From Octopus bimaculoides (lineage: Eukaryota), in assembly GCF_001194135.2 (NCBI RefSeq), contig NC_068987.1, positions 70,884,781-70,923,491 on the forward strand: a stretch of DNA of 38,711 nucleotides, given 5' to 3'. The notes under the pieces were generated by a model. The model saw only the letters and a list, made by a program, of their open reading frames with translations. It had not been told where the DNA came from and searched no databases. Below are positions 35,623 through 38,711 of this stretch, in pieces; within the stretch, counting starts at the first letter, position 1, and every line of letters begins with the position of its first letter. A program made the position numbers and the translations under genes.

Positions 35623-35853
35623 CAATAATCCCTCGACATATCGCTGTTCACGTTTTGCGGTTCAGTTATCGTGTTTATTATTTAAACTTACGTCGATTCC
35701 TCCGTGGCGTTGCTTTGCATTTATAATAAAATAAATATATACAAATAAAAAAAACAGTAAAAAAAAAAAAAAATGCAGCACTGCTTCTATTTCGCGGATT
35801 TTCACTATCGCGGGGTGGGGGACGTAACACCCGCGATGGTCGAGAGATTACTG
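35623..35853. mobile_element. pogo/Tigger-like MITE (231 bp)
   Basis: Left TA-caataatccctcgacatatcgc and right gcgatggtcgagagattactg-TG form imperfect TIRs of CAGTAATC(C/T)CTCGAC type; non-coding interior. Confidence 0.72.
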
Positions 35854-35989
35854 TGTAGGGAGGTGAATTATTAACTTATGAATACTAAACAATTTTATCA
35901 TGCAATGGTTTGTCATTTATCTTGTATTACAGGCCTCTGTCAAACCTAATATTTGTTAGCAACATTTAGTGTGGAAGCCCATCAAACTT

Positions 35990-36060
35990 TGTGCGTGTCT
36001 GCGTGTATGTGTCTGTGTGTGTGTGTGTATGTATCTCTGTGTGTGTGTGTGTGTGTGTGA
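35990..36060. repeat. (TG)n microsatellite
   Basis: Directly visible. Confidence 0.92.
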
Positions 36061-38600
36061 CTGTAATGTAAGCGCAGAAAATGACGAAATACCTGCGTTC
36101 AGACACAATATGTTGTTTTGTTGGATTGGTCCTTTAAAAGTTTTGGAAGAAATAATATTACATATGTAAATATAATCACTTGAAACTCTTGCATCTATCG
36201 CAAGATAGCTTCAGTTCAATGAGTGACACCAGTAAATTAATAAGAAAGAAAAACAGTTTACCAAGTGAGATTCGAACTGGGAAGCTTAATGCCTAGACTA
36301 TATGTAATAATATTTTCGTTTTCTAAATGCTGCTCACATCTAAGAAAAAGACATCAAATGAAAATAACTGTTAAAACTGATCGGAATGTAAAGCAAATTA
36401 AAATATTGAAAATGAATTTCTTAGCAAATGCAAGGTTAATATAGCCCGAGCAATTAAATCTTATTATCAACCCATCTTAGACATTTAACCATTTAATGAA
36501 TATTATGTGTAGTTATCAAACGAAACGCCTCTCGTGGGCACATTTGAAGATGTACATTCTATTGCTATTTGAAAATAATTCGATTTAGGTATATCACCAA
36601 TGCTCGAGGGAAAAGCATGAACATCATGTTATCTCATTCTCTCCTACTATAATTTCCTAGTTAAGTTTATAATCAAGCAATCAATATTACAAGTTTAATT
36701 ATTTAAACTTAATGACATCTGTCTTCTAGAAACTGTAATAAAGGAAATGTATTATATGCCGCCGTAATTTCCTACATGAAATATGTGTGATACATTTGTG
36801 CCTAATATTTAATCTAAGCGGAATTCTAATAAAATCCAATAAAATACAGCACAAGTCAGGTACTGCGGGTAGATTTGATCGAATATATACACTTCAAAAA
36901 TGTGTGCACTTGTGCATACTTAAATATTTCATGTATATTCTAAAGTTATATTGCGTGCGTACTTTATATTACCTGTATAATTATTATATAGGTACTTGAC
37001 GTTATAGTTTGTCGTCATTTAATGGGTTCAACGTCTATAGCATATTCAAGGGTTTCTAAACAGGTGCAATAAGAATTACTGGTTACGAACATATAAATAG
37101 TTTTAAAAAACTAATTACTGAAACACGAAGGTCACACACACTTTTATAGATGACTTAGCTTATGAAGCTTATGAAAGTTTGAAACGTACACTCGGGTTCC
37201 ATCAGAGAAACATGTGAAATCAGTAAATTTCTTTAATTCAGTAACGAGATATTAACTTCAAATGCACAGATGCTGTTTACGTGCTATAATTAGAGAGGTA
37301 GTATATATATTAACAATAAGCAGGGGATGGAGAACTGAGTAGCCCATACACTCTTGTATTCAAAATTTGCAGTACCAGTCTCTCTTAGTCACAAGTGTAC
37401 ATGTTGATTTACAATTAAAGATAATTGTTTTTTCATTCAATGATAGAATAAAACAGAACATATGATTTAGTTATATTTGGAAAATATGAGAAAAATTAAA
37501 TTTAAGGAGAGAATAAGTAGCATGGATTAGGGGAGAACAAGTAACATGGATAAGGTAAGTCATTAATTACTTTCATGACTAGAAGGTTTCACTTGTTCAA
37601 ATACATCTCATACCTAAGTGCTCTTAAGTTGGCATTTAATGATTGCATTATAATATATCAGTGTTCTATTGAGATTTATTTTCCTATTGAAGTTTTTATA
37701 TACATTTCTAAAATATTTTCGAAAGCCAAACAAACTGAAACGGAAAGACAGATAAATTGCAATAATTTGTCGTATTTGAACAGGAATTGGCTCCATGTAC
37801 CTTCTTACATTTTGTATTGTCTCACATATTTTTCTACTGATCTTTGACTTTTAGTGTGATTCTCAAAACAAAATTCCAGTCAAAGTAGGAGCAGAAATGT
37901 AATAATTGCCACAAATGTATACGTTTAAAAAATAATTCGGCTCTATTATAACAATTGTCAAGGATTTTCTTTCGTTTGATATCATTGTTATTCTAGCTGC
38001 TGTTGTTTTTCTTCTTATTATGACTATTATCGAAATTCCTGGACGGCGAAAAAGATAGAGAAGAAAATATAATAAAATAACAAAAAATTCATGATAATAT
38101 CTTTATGGGAAACAATGGATGTTAGTATGATGAAATGCGGAAGACAAAGAAAGAAATATCGAGGACAATTTGAACAATGCAATGTTTAAGTTTTCGTGAA
38201 TCAACCATTATTTTGTGGTATTTGCCATGAACTCAAAATTCTTATAAACGTGTTTTGTCTCACAGCAAGTTAAAGTCATTTAAATTTTAAAAAAACAACT
38301 AAATCTTGATATATTATTATATTGTGCTTACGGATGTGTAGACTAATACGATCGTGTATTGTGTGAACTTTGTGTATAGTAATATTAGATAAACAGGAGA
38401 AATTGAAACAGTGAGAATAATCAGCAAACATTATTATCTAAAGTAGAATAAGAAAATAAATGAATTTAAACTAGTTAAACTGGGCCTTGTCCCGACATGT
38501 ATTATATTTGTTGAATAATTCATATTATTTACTTAAAATGCATTGATTTCCTTTCACTAGGTAAGTCGTCAAGTGGTATGTCAGCGTATTCTCTTATATC

Positions 38601-38602
<2 letters not shown>

Positions 38603-38651
<49 letters not shown>

Positions 38652-38654
38652 CTA

Positions 38655-38687
<33 letters not shown>

Positions 38688-38711
38688 CATATATAATATA
38701 TATATATAATA
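38603..38711. repeat. Compound (CT)n-(CTAT)n-(TA)n microsatellite
   Basis: Directly visible. Confidence 0.95.

Overview
AT-rich, repeat-dense eukaryotic genomic DNA with eight N gaps. The SINE, LINE and microsatellite content points to an octopus or other coleoid cephalopod; this is an inference from remembered repeat families, not a search result. No host protein-coding gene or tRNA/rRNA gene could be recognised, and almost all track ORFs are microsatellite or gap artefacts or broken transposon frames. The centre (about 14.4-25.5 kb) is a pile-up of decayed R4/Dong-clade non-LTR retrotransposons (RT, CCHC knuckle, restriction-like endonuclease), mostly on the + strand and punctuated by (AAT)n-type arrays. 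Elsewhere there is an internally deleted mariner with both TIRs and TA TSDs, a Tc1 3' end, a pogo/Tigger-like MITE, CR1 and RTE relics, and several tRNA-derived SINEs. The most interesting signal is RNA-level: three hammerhead-ribozyme-like motifs. The one on the minus strand at 3740-3804 has all catalytic core residues and three pairable stems, but its strands are in an order that is none of the three circular permutations (types I/II/III), which implies a pseudoknotted or dimeric hammerhead.
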